From Candidatus Poriferisocius sp. (lineage in GTDB: Bacteria > Actinomycetota > Acidimicrobiia > Acidimicrobiales > Bin134): a stretch of 64,000 nucleotides of DNA. Both the position numbers and the translations under genes were made by a program. The stretch is from positions 2,039,634 through 2,103,633 of the forward strand of contig NZ_OZ244793.1 in the NCBI RefSeq assembly GCF_965219775.1. The letters run 5' to 3'. Position 1 is the stretch's first letter, and each line of letters starts with the position of its first letter. This document shows positions 27,756 through 37,162 of this stretch, piece after piece. The notes beneath the pieces were generated by a model, which was not told the origin of the DNA, did not search any database, and was given only the letters and a program-made list of their open reading frames with translations.

Positions 27756-30574
27756 TCCTGGCGTTGACGGTGAGCCGCCAGTTCGTGTTCATCGGCGCCA
27801 TCGAAGGGTTGGCCTACGCCTTGCTGGCGTTGGGGGTGATCCTCATCTACCGCTCCAGCCGCACCATCAACTTCGCCGTGGGCGCCGCCGGGGTGTTGGC
27901 CGCCCAGGTCATGTCCCAGGTGGTGATCCGTTACGGCGCCCCCTACTGGGCGGGGTTCGCGGTGGCCCTGGCCACCGGCGCGGCCTTCCTGGCCGTGGCC
28001 GAGTTGACGGTGGTACGGCGGTTGTTCACCGCCCCTCGGGTGATTCTGTTGGTGGCCACCATCGGGCTCTCCCAGTTGGCCGAGGCACTCATGTTCGCCC
28101 TGCCCGAGCCGTCGGTGGAAGAGAACCGGCGCGACTTCCCCTCGCCGTGGACCACCGAGTACGAGTGGCTGGGCGTGCGCATCGTGGGGAGCGAGCTGTT
28201 GCTGCTCGTGGCGTCGGCCACCGCGGTGGTGGCGCTGGCCCTGTGGATGGCGCGATCGGCGTGGGGTCGAGCCATCCGGGCCTCGGCTGCCGATCCCGAC
28301 CGTGCCCGTCTGGCCGGGATCAACCCCGGCACCGTCTCCACCATCGTGTGGACGCTCACCGGCACGTTTGCCGCTTTGGTCACCGTGCTGCTGGAGGCGG
28401 GCAGCACCCGGGCCTTCATCGGTGCCAGCCCCGGCTACTCGCTCATGACCCGGGTGCTGGTGGTGGCGGTGTGCGCGTCGTTCCTGCATTTCGGCCGGGC
28501 CGTGACCGCGGGGATCATCTTCGGGATCATCGAGGCCATCGTGCGGGTGAACTACCCCCTCGACTTGGGGCGGTTCGAAGCCGTACTCCTGGTGGCCGCA
28601 GTGATCGCGGTGTTCGTGACCACCCGGCGGGACTCCGGCGACGAACGGGAGTCGTTCAGCTTCGCCCCCCGGGTCCGACCCATCCCGCCGTCGGTGCGCG
28701 AGGTGTGGTGGGTGCGCCACCACACCCGCATCCTGGGCACCGTCGCGGTGGCCGTCGCCGCCATCATCCCGGTGATCATCACCGCGGCCAGCCGGACTTT
28801 CCGCTTCAGCGAGATCATCCTGGTGGCCCTGGCCGCCCTGTCGCTGGTGGTGCTCGGAGGCTGGAGCGGTCAGATCTCCCTCGGCCAGGGCGCCTTCGCC
28901 GGGCTGGGGGCGCTGACCACCGCCGCCCTGGTTTCCGGTCGGGATCTGGGCCTGGGTGCCGCCGGCCTCGACGTGTCGGTGCCGATTCCCGAACTGCATT
29001 TCCTCTTGGCGGTGGTGGTGGCCACGGCGGCCACCGCCGTGGTGGCGGTGATCATCGGGCTGGGGGCGTTGCGGGTACGCGGCCTGTTGCTGGCGGTCAT
29101 CACCCTGGCGTTCGCGGTGAGCGCCGAGAAGTTCTTTTTCCGACGGCCGTTCCTGAGCGACAACAGCACCACCTCGGCCCTGCTCGAGCGAGCCTCCCTC
29201 GGGCCGGTGGACCTGGCCCCCCAGCGCACCTACTACTACCTGGCCCTGGGCGCCCTCATCGTGGGCATCGTGTTTGTGGCCCGCCTGCGACGAACCGGTG
29301 TGGGACGGAGGATCATCGCCACCCGGGAGAATCCCGACGGTGCGGCCTCGTTCACCGTCTGGCCGACCGGGGCCAAGATCACCGCTTACGCGGTGAGCGG
29401 CGGCATCGCCGGATTCGCCGGGGCGCTCCTCGGTGGGTTGTACGCCACCATCCTGTTCTCGTTCTTCTCGGCCGGACGGTCCATCGAGATTCTGGCGGTG
29501 GCGGTGATCGGTGGCATCGGCTCGGTGGCCGGGCCGGTGCTGGGGGCGTTGTGGGTGGTGGGCCTGCCCGCGTTCTGGCCGGACTCCCCGACCGTCGCCC
29601 TGCTCACCAGCAGCCTCGGCATCCTGATCCTGCTGATGTACGTGCCCGGAGGGTTCGTGCAGCTTTGGTACTTGGCTCGTGACGGCTTGTTGCGGTGGTA
29701 CGCCCAGCGACGACCCGAACAGCCCGCGCCTGCGATCACGATCCCCCGACGGGATCCGGTTCCGGCCCCGCCCCACGACACTGCCCTGGCCGCCACCGGG
29801 GTCGCGGTGCGATTCGGGCCCCGGGTTGCCGTGAACCAGGTGGATTTGCGGGTGGCCCACGGCGAGATCGTCGGTCTGATCGGCACCAACGGTGCGGGCA
29901 AGACCACGTTCATGAACGCGGTGGCCGGTCTGGTACCCGCCCGGGGAACGGTCATGATCTACGGCACCGACGTGTCGTCGCTCCCCTCCCACCGCCGCCA
30001 CGCGCTCGGGTTGGGACGGACGTTCCAGGCGGCGCCGCTGTTTCCCGACCTCACCGTGCAGGAAACCGTCCAGGTGGCCCTGGAGTCCGGCCAAACCACC
30101 CGGTTTGTGCCCGCGGCCGTGCCCGGTTTGGGCGGGGCCGCCCACGAGCGCCGCCAGGCAGCCGCTGCTCGTGACCTGATCGACTTCCTCGGCCTGGGCG
30201 ACTACGCCAACTCCTTCGTGGCCGAGCTGTCCACCGGCACCCGACGCATCGTGGAGCTCACCTGTCTGGTGGCCGGAGGGAACCGCCTCTTGTGCCTCGA
30301 CGAGCCCACCGCCGGCGTGGCCCAGCGCGAAGCCGAAGCCCTGGTGCCGCTGTTGCACGGCATTCGGCGGGAACTGGACGCCTCGGTGCTGATCATCGAG
30401 CACGACATGCCCATGATCACCGCCATCAGCGACCGCATCTATTGCCTGGAACAAGGGACCGTCATTGCTGAGGGTCTCCCGGAGGACGTGCGCGACAATC
30501 CCCAGGTGATCGCCGCCTATCTGGGAACCGACGAACGGGCCATCGCCCGCTCCGACGTCGGGGCGGCCCCGTGA
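27752..30574 (+). CDS. triple fusion: LivH-like permease + LivM-like permease + LivG-like ABC ATPase
   Basis: A GTG start forms a GTGA overlap with the upstream stop. The LivH-like N-terminus is GAIEGLAYALLALGVILIYR. The LivM-like core is GWSGQISLGQGAFAGLGA. The nucleotide-binding domain carries GTNGAGKTT, LSTGTRRIVEL and LLCLDEPTAGVA. Confidence 0.85.
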   Translation: MILALTVSRQFVFIGAIEGLAYALLALGVILIYRSSRTINFAVGAAGVLAAQVMSQVVIRYGAPYWAGFAVALATGAAFLAVAELTVVRRLFTAPRVILLVATIGLSQLAEALMFALPEPSVEENRRDFPSPWTTEYEWLGVRIVGSELLLLVASATAVVALALWMARSAWGRAIRASAADPDRARLAGINPGTVSTIVWTLTGTFAALVTVLLEAGSTRAFIGASPGYSLMTRVLVVAVCASFLHFGRAVTAGIIFGIIEAIVRVNYPLDLGRFEAVLLVAAVIAVFVTTRRDSGDERESFSFAPRVRPIPPSVREVWWVRHHTRILGTVAVAVAAIIPVIITAASRTFRFSEIILVALAALSLVVLGGWSGQISLGQGAFAGLGALTTAALVSGRDLGLGAAGLDVSVPIPELHFLLAVVVATAATAVVAVIIGLGALRVRGLLLAVITLAFAVSAEKFFFRRPFLSDNSTTSALLERASLGPVDLAPQRTYYYLALGALIVGIVFVARLRRTGVGRRIIATRENPDGAASFTVWPTGAKITAYAVSGGIAGFAGALLGGLYATILFSFFSAGRSIEILAVAVIGGIGSVAGPVLGALWVVGLPAFWPDSPTVALLTSSLGILILLMYVPGGFVQLWYLARDGLLRWYAQRRPEQPAPAITIPRRDPVPAPPHDTALAATGVAVRFGPRVAVNQVDLRVAHGEIVGLIGTNGAGKTTFMNAVAGLVPARGTVMIYGTDVSSLPSHRRHALGLGRTFQAAPLFPDLTVQETVQVALESGQTTRFVPAAVPGLGGAAHERRQAAAARDLIDFLGLGDYANSFVAELSTGTRRIVELTCLVAGGNRLLCLDEPTAGVAQREAEALVPLLHGIRRELDASVLIIEHDMPMITAISDRIYCLEQGTVIAEGLPEDVRDNPQVIAAYLGTDERAIARSDVGAAP

Positions 30575-31125
30575 CCGCCTTCGCCGACCCTCCGATCACG
30601 GCCAAAGCGGAGGCCACCCGCAGCCACCTCCTGGGTCTGGCCACCGAGCTGTTCGTCCGACGGGGCTATGCCGCGGTGACGCTGGATGACATCGCCGGGG
30701 CCGCCGAGCTGACCAAGGGCGCCATCTACGGTCACTTCCGGTCCAAAGGGCAGTTGCTGGTGGAGGTGATCCGCCGCCTCCAGGGCCAGCTCGACGACAA
30801 CATCCGCTTCGGGGACGACTACCAGCTCTTCCTGCGCCCCGAGAGCGCCGATCTGCGACTGCTACTGGTGGACGCCGCGTCGGCGGCCCGCCATGACCCC
30901 GACGTGGCCGCGGGAATCGAGGAGATCTACTCGGCCCGCAACCGCTGGCTGCTCGACAACCTGGCCCACGCCTACCACGACCCCGACACCGTCTTGTTCA
31001 TCATCAGCGCCTTGTCCAACGGCATCGGGGTCGAGGAGGCCTTCGCCCGCCCGACCCCCAGCACCGACGTCTTCCGCCGTACGCTGCACACCATGCTGGA
31101 CGCCGTGGTCAAGAAACCCGCGTGA
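30571..31125 (+). CDS. TetR/AcrR family transcriptional regulator
   Basis: The N-terminal HTH is TRSHLLGLATELFVRRGYAAVTLDDIAGAAELTKGAIYGHFRSKGQLL. A GTGA overlap links it to the upstream gene. Confidence 0.8.
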   Translation: MTAFADPPITAKAEATRSHLLGLATELFVRRGYAAVTLDDIAGAAELTKGAIYGHFRSKGQLLVEVIRRLQGQLDDNIRFGDDYQLFLRPESADLRLLLVDAASAARHDPDVAAGIEEIYSARNRWLLDNLAHAYHDPDTVLFIISALSNGIGVEEAFARPTPSTDVFRRTLHTMLDAVVKKPA

Positions 31126-31126
31126 C

Positions 31127-32647
31127 ATGCGCTTTTGCTACATCGACATCGACACGCTGCGCGCCGACCATCTGGGGTGCTACGGCTACCACCGCAACAC
31201 GTCGCCCAACATCGACGCCATTGCTGCCGACGGCGTCCGCTTCGACAACGTGTACGCCTCCGACGTGCCCTGCCTGCCGTCGCGCACGGCCCTGGCCACC
31301 GGCTTGTTCGGCATCCGCAACGGGGTGGTCAACCACGGCGGCGCGGCGTCGGACCTACGGGCCGAGGGGGCGTCGCGGGCGTTCATCGGCAAGATCGCGG
31401 CCCTCTCCTGGGCGTCGAAGTTCTACTACGCCGGTTGGCACACGGCGTCGATCTCCAGCTTCCCGTTCCGCCACTCGGCCTCCTGGTGGAACCACGGGGT
31501 GATGGAGTCGCTCAACCTCATGCGGGGCATGGGCGGGGAGCGGGCCGACCAGGTGCTCCCCGGTGCCCTCGACTGGCTGGACCGCCGCGGCCGGGCCGAC
31601 CAGTGGTTCCTGCACATCCACCTGTGGGATCCCCACACCCCCTACAACACCCCGACCGCCTACGGGGACCCCTTTGCCGATGATCCCGCCCCGGCCTGGC
31701 ACACCGAGGAGATCCGTCTGCGCAACTGGGACTGGGCGGGGCCGCACTCGGCCCAGGAACCGTGGGGCTTCACCCCCGACGAGTGGGGTCCGCCGCCGGC
31801 CCGCCACCCGTGGAATGCCGACTCGATGGAATCGGTGAAGGGCATCTTCGACGGCTACGACACCGGCATCCGTTACGCCGACGACGCCGTGGGCGCCGTC
31901 ATGAACAAGCTGGACGATCTCGGCGTGCTCGACGACACCGCGGTGCTTATCTCTTCGGACCACGGCGAGGCCTTCGGCGAGTTGGGGGTGTACGCCGACC
32001 ACCAGGGTGCCGATGAGGCCACCTGCCACATTCCCTCCATCCTCCGCTGGCCCGGCCTGGCCCCGCGATCGTACGCCGGGCTGCATTACCACTTGGACGT
32101 GGCCGCCACCGTGGTGGACCTCGCCGACATCTCGGTGCCGGAGGGCTGGTGGAGCGGCCGGTCGGTCAGACCCGCCCTGGAGGCCGGTTCCGAGGCGGGC
32201 CGGGACCACCTGGTGCTTTCGCAGGGCGCGTGGTCGTGCCAGCGGGGTGTTCGCTGGGGCGACCATCTCTACCTGAGGACGTGGCACAACGGCTACCACC
32301 CCCACTGGAACGACGAGATGCTGTTCGACGTGGCCGCCGATCCCCACGAGGTCGATGATCTGGCCGGCGACCGGCCCGAGCTGGTGGCACTGGGTCGGTC
32401 GAAGCTCGAGGCCTGGACGGCCGAGCAACTCGAACTCGGCCTCGGCGACCGATCCGACCCCATGGAGACCGTGCTGGCCGAGGGCGGGCCCTACCACGTG
32501 CGGGGCCACCTCCCGGCCTACCTGGACCGCCTGCGCACCACCGGCCGCAGCCACTGGGCCGACCAGCTTGTCGAGCACTTTCCCGGCGACACCGACGGTG
32601 CGCCTGCTGGTCCCAAATGGGACGGGTCCGGCTTCGACTACTCCTAG
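31127..32647 (+). CDS. Cys-type (formylglycine) sulfatase, alkaline-phosphatase superfamily, no signal peptide
   Basis: ATG 31127 lies 1 nt after the tetR stop. The sulfatase signature is SDVPCLPSRTALATGLF (CxPSRxxxxTG). Metal-site regions are DTLRADHLGCYG and ISSDHGEAFGE. Confidence 0.85.
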   Translation: MRFCYIDIDTLRADHLGCYGYHRNTSPNIDAIAADGVRFDNVYASDVPCLPSRTALATGLFGIRNGVVNHGGAASDLRAEGASRAFIGKIAALSWASKFYYAGWHTASISSFPFRHSASWWNHGVMESLNLMRGMGGERADQVLPGALDWLDRRGRADQWFLHIHLWDPHTPYNTPTAYGDPFADDPAPAWHTEEIRLRNWDWAGPHSAQEPWGFTPDEWGPPPARHPWNADSMESVKGIFDGYDTGIRYADDAVGAVMNKLDDLGVLDDTAVLISSDHGEAFGELGVYADHQGADEATCHIPSILRWPGLAPRSYAGLHYHLDVAATVVDLADISVPEGWWSGRSVRPALEAGSEAGRDHLVLSQGAWSCQRGVRWGDHLYLRTWHNGYHPHWNDEMLFDVAADPHEVDDLAGDRPELVALGRSKLEAWTAEQLELGLGDRSDPMETVLAEGGPYHVRGHLPAYLDRLRTTGRSHWADQLVEHFPGDTDGAPAGPKWDGSGFDYS

Positions 32648-33486
32648 CGGGTGATCGGTACTGGTTCGTCCGAAGCCATCACCGGCCGGCCATCCCGCAG
32701 CACCTCCACCCAATCCTGATTCCAGGCCCGATGACCCACGCTGGCCGCGGCGGCGTAGTGGTAGACCATTGCGGCCCGGCTGGTGGCCGACCGGTTGTCG
32801 GTGGAACGGTGACGCAGGTGCGAGTGAAACACCAGCACGTCACCGGGCTCCATCAACACGGGTATCTCCCGGGAGACATCGGCGCCGACGATCTCCACGT
32901 AGCCCAGGTTGGCGTGTTCACGGCTGTCGGGCACCGCATCATGGATCGCCTCTCGATGCGAACCGGGGGCCACCCACAGGGGCCCGTTGTCGAGGGTGGC
33001 GGCGGTGCAAGCCAGCCACACCCCCACCTGAGGCGTGGGTTCCAGTCGAAAGTAGTAGTTGTCCTGATGCCACGGCTGACCCAGCGCACCGGGGTGCTTG
33101 AAGATGAACTGCGACAAGAAGCAGTCCACGTCCGTCCCCAGTAGGTCACCCACGATGGCCAGCAACCGGGGATCGGTGGCAAAGGACCGGAAGACCTCCT
33201 CGGTCCGCATCAACCGGAACACCTTCGAGAGCCGATCGGCGGGGTCCGGTCGGTCGGCGAGGGCACCCTCCCCGTTGACCCAGAGATCCGGCCGGTGGTC
33301 GCCGTCGGCCACCTCCCGGGCGATCTCGCTCACCCGACCGACCATGGCGTCCAGCGTCGCCCCATCCACAAACCCTGGCAGGAAGAAGAACCCCTGTTCC
33401 TCCCACGCCTCCCGCTGCCCCGCGCTCACCCCCACACCCCGGAAATCTACCGACCACCCATTCCCCCATCCACCCCACCCCGCCAC
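32644..33486 (-). CDS. phytanoyl-CoA dioxygenase (PhyH) family oxygenase
   Basis: Family features are WEEQGFFFLPGFV..., the HxD region PWHQDNYYF and the distal His in VLVFHSHLRHRS. The true start is probably a GTG near 33429-33435, because the first ~18 codons are Gly/Trp-rich. Confidence 0.75.
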   Translation of the reverse strand: MAGWGGWGNGWSVDFRGVGVSAGQREAWEEQGFFFLPGFVDGATLDAMVGRVSEIAREVADGDHRPDLWVNGEGALADRPDPADRLSKVFRLMRTEEVFRSFATDPRLLAIVGDLLGTDVDCFLSQFIFKHPGALGQPWHQDNYYFRLEPTPQVGVWLACTAATLDNGPLWVAPGSHREAIHDAVPDSREHANLGYVEIVGADVSREIPVLMEPGDVLVFHSHLRHRSTDNRSATSRAAMVYHYAAAASVGHRAWNQDWVEVLRDGRPVMASDEPVPITR

Positions 33487-33517
33487 TGTTTTGCCCCCGA
33501 AGCCATAGGATGGCGTT

Positions 33518-34519
33518 GTGGTTGTACTCGATGTTCAGCCGGCCCCGACGATGGAGGACGCCCATCGAGCGGCCGAGGTGATTTGTCGTGCGCTGAACCC
33601 GGCCGAGGTCATGGTGTTCGGTTCGGTCGCCCGAGGCCTCCAGCACCCTCTCTCCGACATTGACCTGGTGGTGCTGTTTGACGATCTTGGGGACTACAAG
33701 AGGCGCGGCGAGTTGGCAAGGCGCGCGGAGGCGGCCGTCACCGAAGCCACTGGCTTTCCCGCCAACGTCAAGGTGACGGACAGGCCGGAATGGAAAGTGC
33801 GGACGGAGTTGGTGAAGTCGTCCTTCGAGGCCCACATTGCGTCGCACGCAGTGCGGCTGGTGACTCGGCCCTCCAATGCACAAATCGATTGGAACAAGGA
33901 GATTGGTTTGGCCCCCAGCGATGCGCAGCAGGCAGAGAACTCCTTGGGCAACACGTTGAATTCCCTGGACAACCTCCGAGGGATCCTCAGCCCCTACGAA
34001 CACGAGGTGGGAGCTCTGGAGGCTGGAGACGCAGTGACGGCGCGAGAGGTGCTGCAGAATCGGATGCTGCGGGTTTGTTCCCTGTCGCAAGAGGTGATGG
34101 AGAACGCCCTGAAGTCCCTGATTCACGCCTTGAGAGGAGAACACCCGAGGAGGGTCCACAGCATCGAAGGGCTGATGGATTTTGCTCAAGCCCAGTTGGA
34201 TGCATCCACGGGCGCCCTCCTTCTCTCGGCCTTGGACGGATTGCAGGAGGGCAAGATCTCGGGTTGGCGCCAGGGGGCGAGCTATCCCGACGACATGGAC
34301 ATGGCTGTCAGTCGCGAAGATGCGACACCGGAGTACGCCTGGGCCATGGCCACCGCGGCCGCGCGGGTGGCCCAGAGGTGCGCCGAGACGATCGAAGCCC
34401 AGTTCGGCCATCCCACAACGCGAACCGCCGAAGTCATCACTCGGTGCAATGACCTGACCAAATGGATGGCCACCAGAGCCACCCCCGGCCAAGACCCCGA
34501 CCACCACCCCACCCCGTAG
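33518..34519 (+). CDS. single-chain minimal nucleotidyltransferase (MNT) - HEPN domain fusion protein
   Basis: The N-terminal pol-beta NTase motif is VFGSVARGLQHPLSDIDLVVLFDD (GS...DxD). The C-terminal helical HEPN-like region is ENALKSLIHALRGEHPRRVHSIEGLMDF (compare the xxTHDLxxL motif of PF05168-type HEPN). An alternative start is ATG 33551. Confidence 0.7.
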   Translation: MVVLDVQPAPTMEDAHRAAEVICRALNPAEVMVFGSVARGLQHPLSDIDLVVLFDDLGDYKRRGELARRAEAAVTEATGFPANVKVTDRPEWKVRTELVKSSFEAHIASHAVRLVTRPSNAQIDWNKEIGLAPSDAQQAENSLGNTLNSLDNLRGILSPYEHEVGALEAGDAVTAREVLQNRMLRVCSLSQEVMENALKSLIHALRGEHPRRVHSIEGLMDFAQAQLDASTGALLLSALDGLQEGKISGWRQGASYPDDMDMAVSREDATPEYAWAMATAAARVAQRCAETIEAQFGHPTTRTAEVITRCNDLTKWMATRATPGQDPDHHPTP

Positions 34520-34574
34520 ACCAGGCTGCCTTCTAGGGCCGCCCCCTTGAGCGGTGGGGTCTCGGGATGGTTGC

Positions 34575-34601
34575 GGGGTCCCACCGAGAGGATGGAACCC
34601 C
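34575..34601. terminator. possible weak bidirectional hairpin between convergent genes
   Basis: GGGGTCC (34575-34581) pairs with GGAACCCC (34594-34601) with one bulge and a 12-nt loop. A modest T-containing stretch follows. This was hand-folded only. Confidence 0.2.
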
Positions 34602-34627
34602 CCGAATTCTTGTATCGGACAATTGAG

Positions 34628-37153
34628 TCACGTTTCGATCACGACTGGGACTTCGGCTTCGATCGCAACCGGAGTCCAGAGGTCCACCTCGACATCCGGT
34701 GAGTCGATCGACACGATCAGCGCGTACCGCACACCGGCCTCGCTACGGTCGCGGGCGCTTCGTTCCTTCCACCAGCCGGTGACCGGATAGACGGCAATCG
34801 CCCCTCGGGCCGCAAGTTCGGCTGCGGGTCCAGTCCAGTGATCCACATGCAGGGATCCTCGGACCCGCTCTCGCGGACCGAGCAGCCACTGATCAGCGTC
34901 GCTGTCCGAGCTGGGTCGCTGCTCGTCCTCCGACCGGGCGAGCCTGTTGATTCGCTTGCAAAACTCGCCGTTGCCTTCAGTGGCACGCCGCACATCAAAT
35001 CGGAGACCATGCGACGCGTATCGGAAGCGTTGCGCCCAACCTCGACGAGCCGGGCTCGGCTGAATGAAGTACGACAGCACGACTCGCATCTGCAACTCAA
35101 CCTCGCCAAGATCGCCCAGGGCATCAGCGGGCCATGGGAGGTTGTGAAGGTGCATCTCACGCATCTTGCCGTCGAGGTAGGGACGGATCCGGTGCTGCCC
35201 GATCAGCGTGACCGAGTCGTTTGCGGAGCGTAGCGCCCGGTTCATGTCGGGCACGCCCCATCCGTAGCGCCGCAGGCTCGCCACGGCTCCTTGCCGGTTG
35301 GTCCCGCTGAAATGCTTCGTCATGGAGTCGGTCCAGCGGGCCGAATGAACAATGAGTCCACGAAGTGCCTCCGGCCACAAGTGCGGGTACTCCGTCGCCA
35401 GGCGTTGGGCCAGATACGCTGCTTGCGCCGTTGCTGGGCTCGTACCGGTGACAGTCGTAAGTGGTCGACCGCCTAGCGCGGGTGCTCGGGTAGTGAGGAT
35501 TTGCAGATCTGGAGGGGTGTCGATGGAGCGATCGATTGGTGACACCGCTGCGTTTCCCCCTTCGAGAACGACCTCCGGCTTGTGGGGCCATTGGGAGCGA
35601 AAACCAACTGAGGTCCGACTGAAGGGCGACAGTTCCCCCGCTGATGCAAGAGGCACCCACCCCTCGAAGTCCTCGTGAACAATGTGGGAAAACTGGGTGA
35701 AGGCACCGACGGTCAAGGCGTTCCAAGCCTGACCTGGATCCTCAACTGGTTCGACGTCACTACGATCGAGATGATCTTCATCCAGAGGCACGCGGACGTT
35801 GCCCGCTGAGATGATGAACAGCCGTTCCGCTCCGCCGTCGGGTTCATCTATGTAGACAAGATCGCCATCGGCGGAAGACACTGCGCGGCCTGCCGCCAGA
35901 GCGTCGACCGCGGCCGACCACGCGGAAGGCTGACCGAGGTCCGATGGGTCTGCGGCGGAGTTCGGGGCCGTCACCGCGAGCGCGAAGGACCGGCGTCGCT
36001 GAGGGTGTTCGATCTCGATAATCGATGTCGCCTGGGCGGTGATGGCGCCGTACAGCTCAGGGTCGTTCTTGCCCGAGTCTGGAAGAATCTTGACCGACTC
36101 GATGCGGCCCTGGACCTGGATTGGCCCGTCGACCAAGAAGCACTCAGCAAGATCCCCGTGAATTGCGAGACCGGCCATCTCGGTGCCGTGCCCTCGACGA
36201 TCATCGCTGCCCCACCGAGGATCCACGCTGTGAGCGTCATTCGGCGCAATCGCGATCCGGAGCAGCGGGTGTTCTGTCGTCACTCCTGTGTCCAGCAGGC
36301 ACGTCACTGCACGATCATCGGCTGGCACGACCAGTCGCCCAGCCAACTCGTCCACAAACTCGCCTTGTTCGGATGCTGGCAGATCCGCCAAGAACTGTGC
36401 AGGGTCCACAGGGTGACGAAGCTCAGAAATGTCGTCAAGTAGATTGAGGGCTGAGCCGAGCTGTCCGGATGTGGCTCGCACGAGGACCACCAAGCGATCT
36501 TCCAAGACCAGTCGTTGGCGCCCGATCGTAACCCCGATGATTTCGGCGAAGTCTTGGAGTCGTGAGTTCACTCCTTCCCGATTCCGAAGCCATACCTCCC
36601 ACCACACTGCCTTCTCACTGTCGGGAAAAGCGTCTTCGTCGTCGGTCCAGAGGGCACGAAGTGTCGCCAGTCGCAACTCTGCAATTCTCTCCACCAGATT
36701 CTTGTTCTTGGGATTGCCGCGATTCGTGTCTTCGGAGACGTAGTCCTCGAATCGCTTTGTGAACCTCCCAATCCAACCCTCGGGAACGAAGACTGTTGCC
36801 AATTGCACAGACTCCCCCTCGACCTCACGTGTCGTCACTGCGCACAGCTCGGGGTGAACGGATCCCTGCTGAGGCTCAAGTGAGGTCAGTGCAAGCTCGA
36901 AACCAGGATGCGACTGGAACTGCACATAGATGCCCTCCAAGGCACCTTCGACTTGAATGGCGTCGTGATCTTCCTTACGCCTCTGGGCCGCTTCCGCCGC
37001 GGCGTCCAGTTGATCGATGAGTTTGCGGCCGTGCTGTATTCGGTCGGCAGGTGATGGCGGGGCTCCCGACTCGCGTCCCGATGTCGGCGGGGCGTAGTCA
37101 TCAACCCAAGGAGCCCGCGTGACGATGACGTGGCGCCTGTTCCGTTCTGCCAT
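34628..37153 (-). CDS. cytoplasmic S8 (subtilisin-like) serine peptidase with ~280-aa N-terminal domain of unknown family (IetS-like)
   Basis: The catalytic set is CLLD288TG (codon 36290-36292), GH322GTEMAG, SAGN452 and GTS572PATAQ (codon 35438-35440). There is no signal peptide or TM helix. The start lies 9 nt downstream of the AAA ATPase stop. Confidence 0.85.
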   Translation of the reverse strand: MAERNRRHVIVTRAPWVDDYAPPTSGRESGAPPSPADRIQHGRKLIDQLDAAAEAAQRRKEDHDAIQVEGALEGIYVQFQSHPGFELALTSLEPQQGSVHPELCAVTTREVEGESVQLATVFVPEGWIGRFTKRFEDYVSEDTNRGNPKNKNLVERIAELRLATLRALWTDDEDAFPDSEKAVWWEVWLRNREGVNSRLQDFAEIIGVTIGRQRLVLEDRLVVLVRATSGQLGSALNLLDDISELRHPVDPAQFLADLPASEQGEFVDELAGRLVVPADDRAVTCLLDTGVTTEHPLLRIAIAPNDAHSVDPRWGSDDRRGHGTEMAGLAIHGDLAECFLVDGPIQVQGRIESVKILPDSGKNDPELYGAITAQATSIIEIEHPQRRRSFALAVTAPNSAADPSDLGQPSAWSAAVDALAAGRAVSSADGDLVYIDEPDGGAERLFIISAGNVRVPLDEDHLDRSDVEPVEDPGQAWNALTVGAFTQFSHIVHEDFEGWVPLASAGELSPFSRTSVGFRSQWPHKPEVVLEGGNAAVSPIDRSIDTPPDLQILTTRAPALGGRPLTTVTGTSPATAQAAYLAQRLATEYPHLWPEALRGLIVHSARWTDSMTKHFSGTNRQGAVASLRRYGWGVPDMNRALRSANDSVTLIGQHRIRPYLDGKMREMHLHNLPWPADALGDLGEVELQMRVVLSYFIQPSPARRGWAQRFRYASHGLRFDVRRATEGNGEFCKRINRLARSEDEQRPSSDSDADQWLLGPRERVRGSLHVDHWTGPAAELAARGAIAVYPVTGWWKERSARDRSEAGVRYALIVSIDSPDVEVDLWTPVAIEAEVPVVIET

Positions 37154-37162
37154 AGTCCGGCC

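Noticed and set aside
27536-30454. 972-aa reverse ORF opposite the LivHMG fusion (also 25629..27539 opposite the MFS::ABC gene)
   Set aside because: Both are antisense to genes with Walker and permease motifs, and their products are low-complexity.
33146-34507. 453-aa reverse ORF covering the MNT-HEPN gene
   Set aside because: It has no recognisable motifs and a Gly/Arg/His-rich composition. The forward frame carries a clean NTase GS...DxD motif and a HEPN-like helix.
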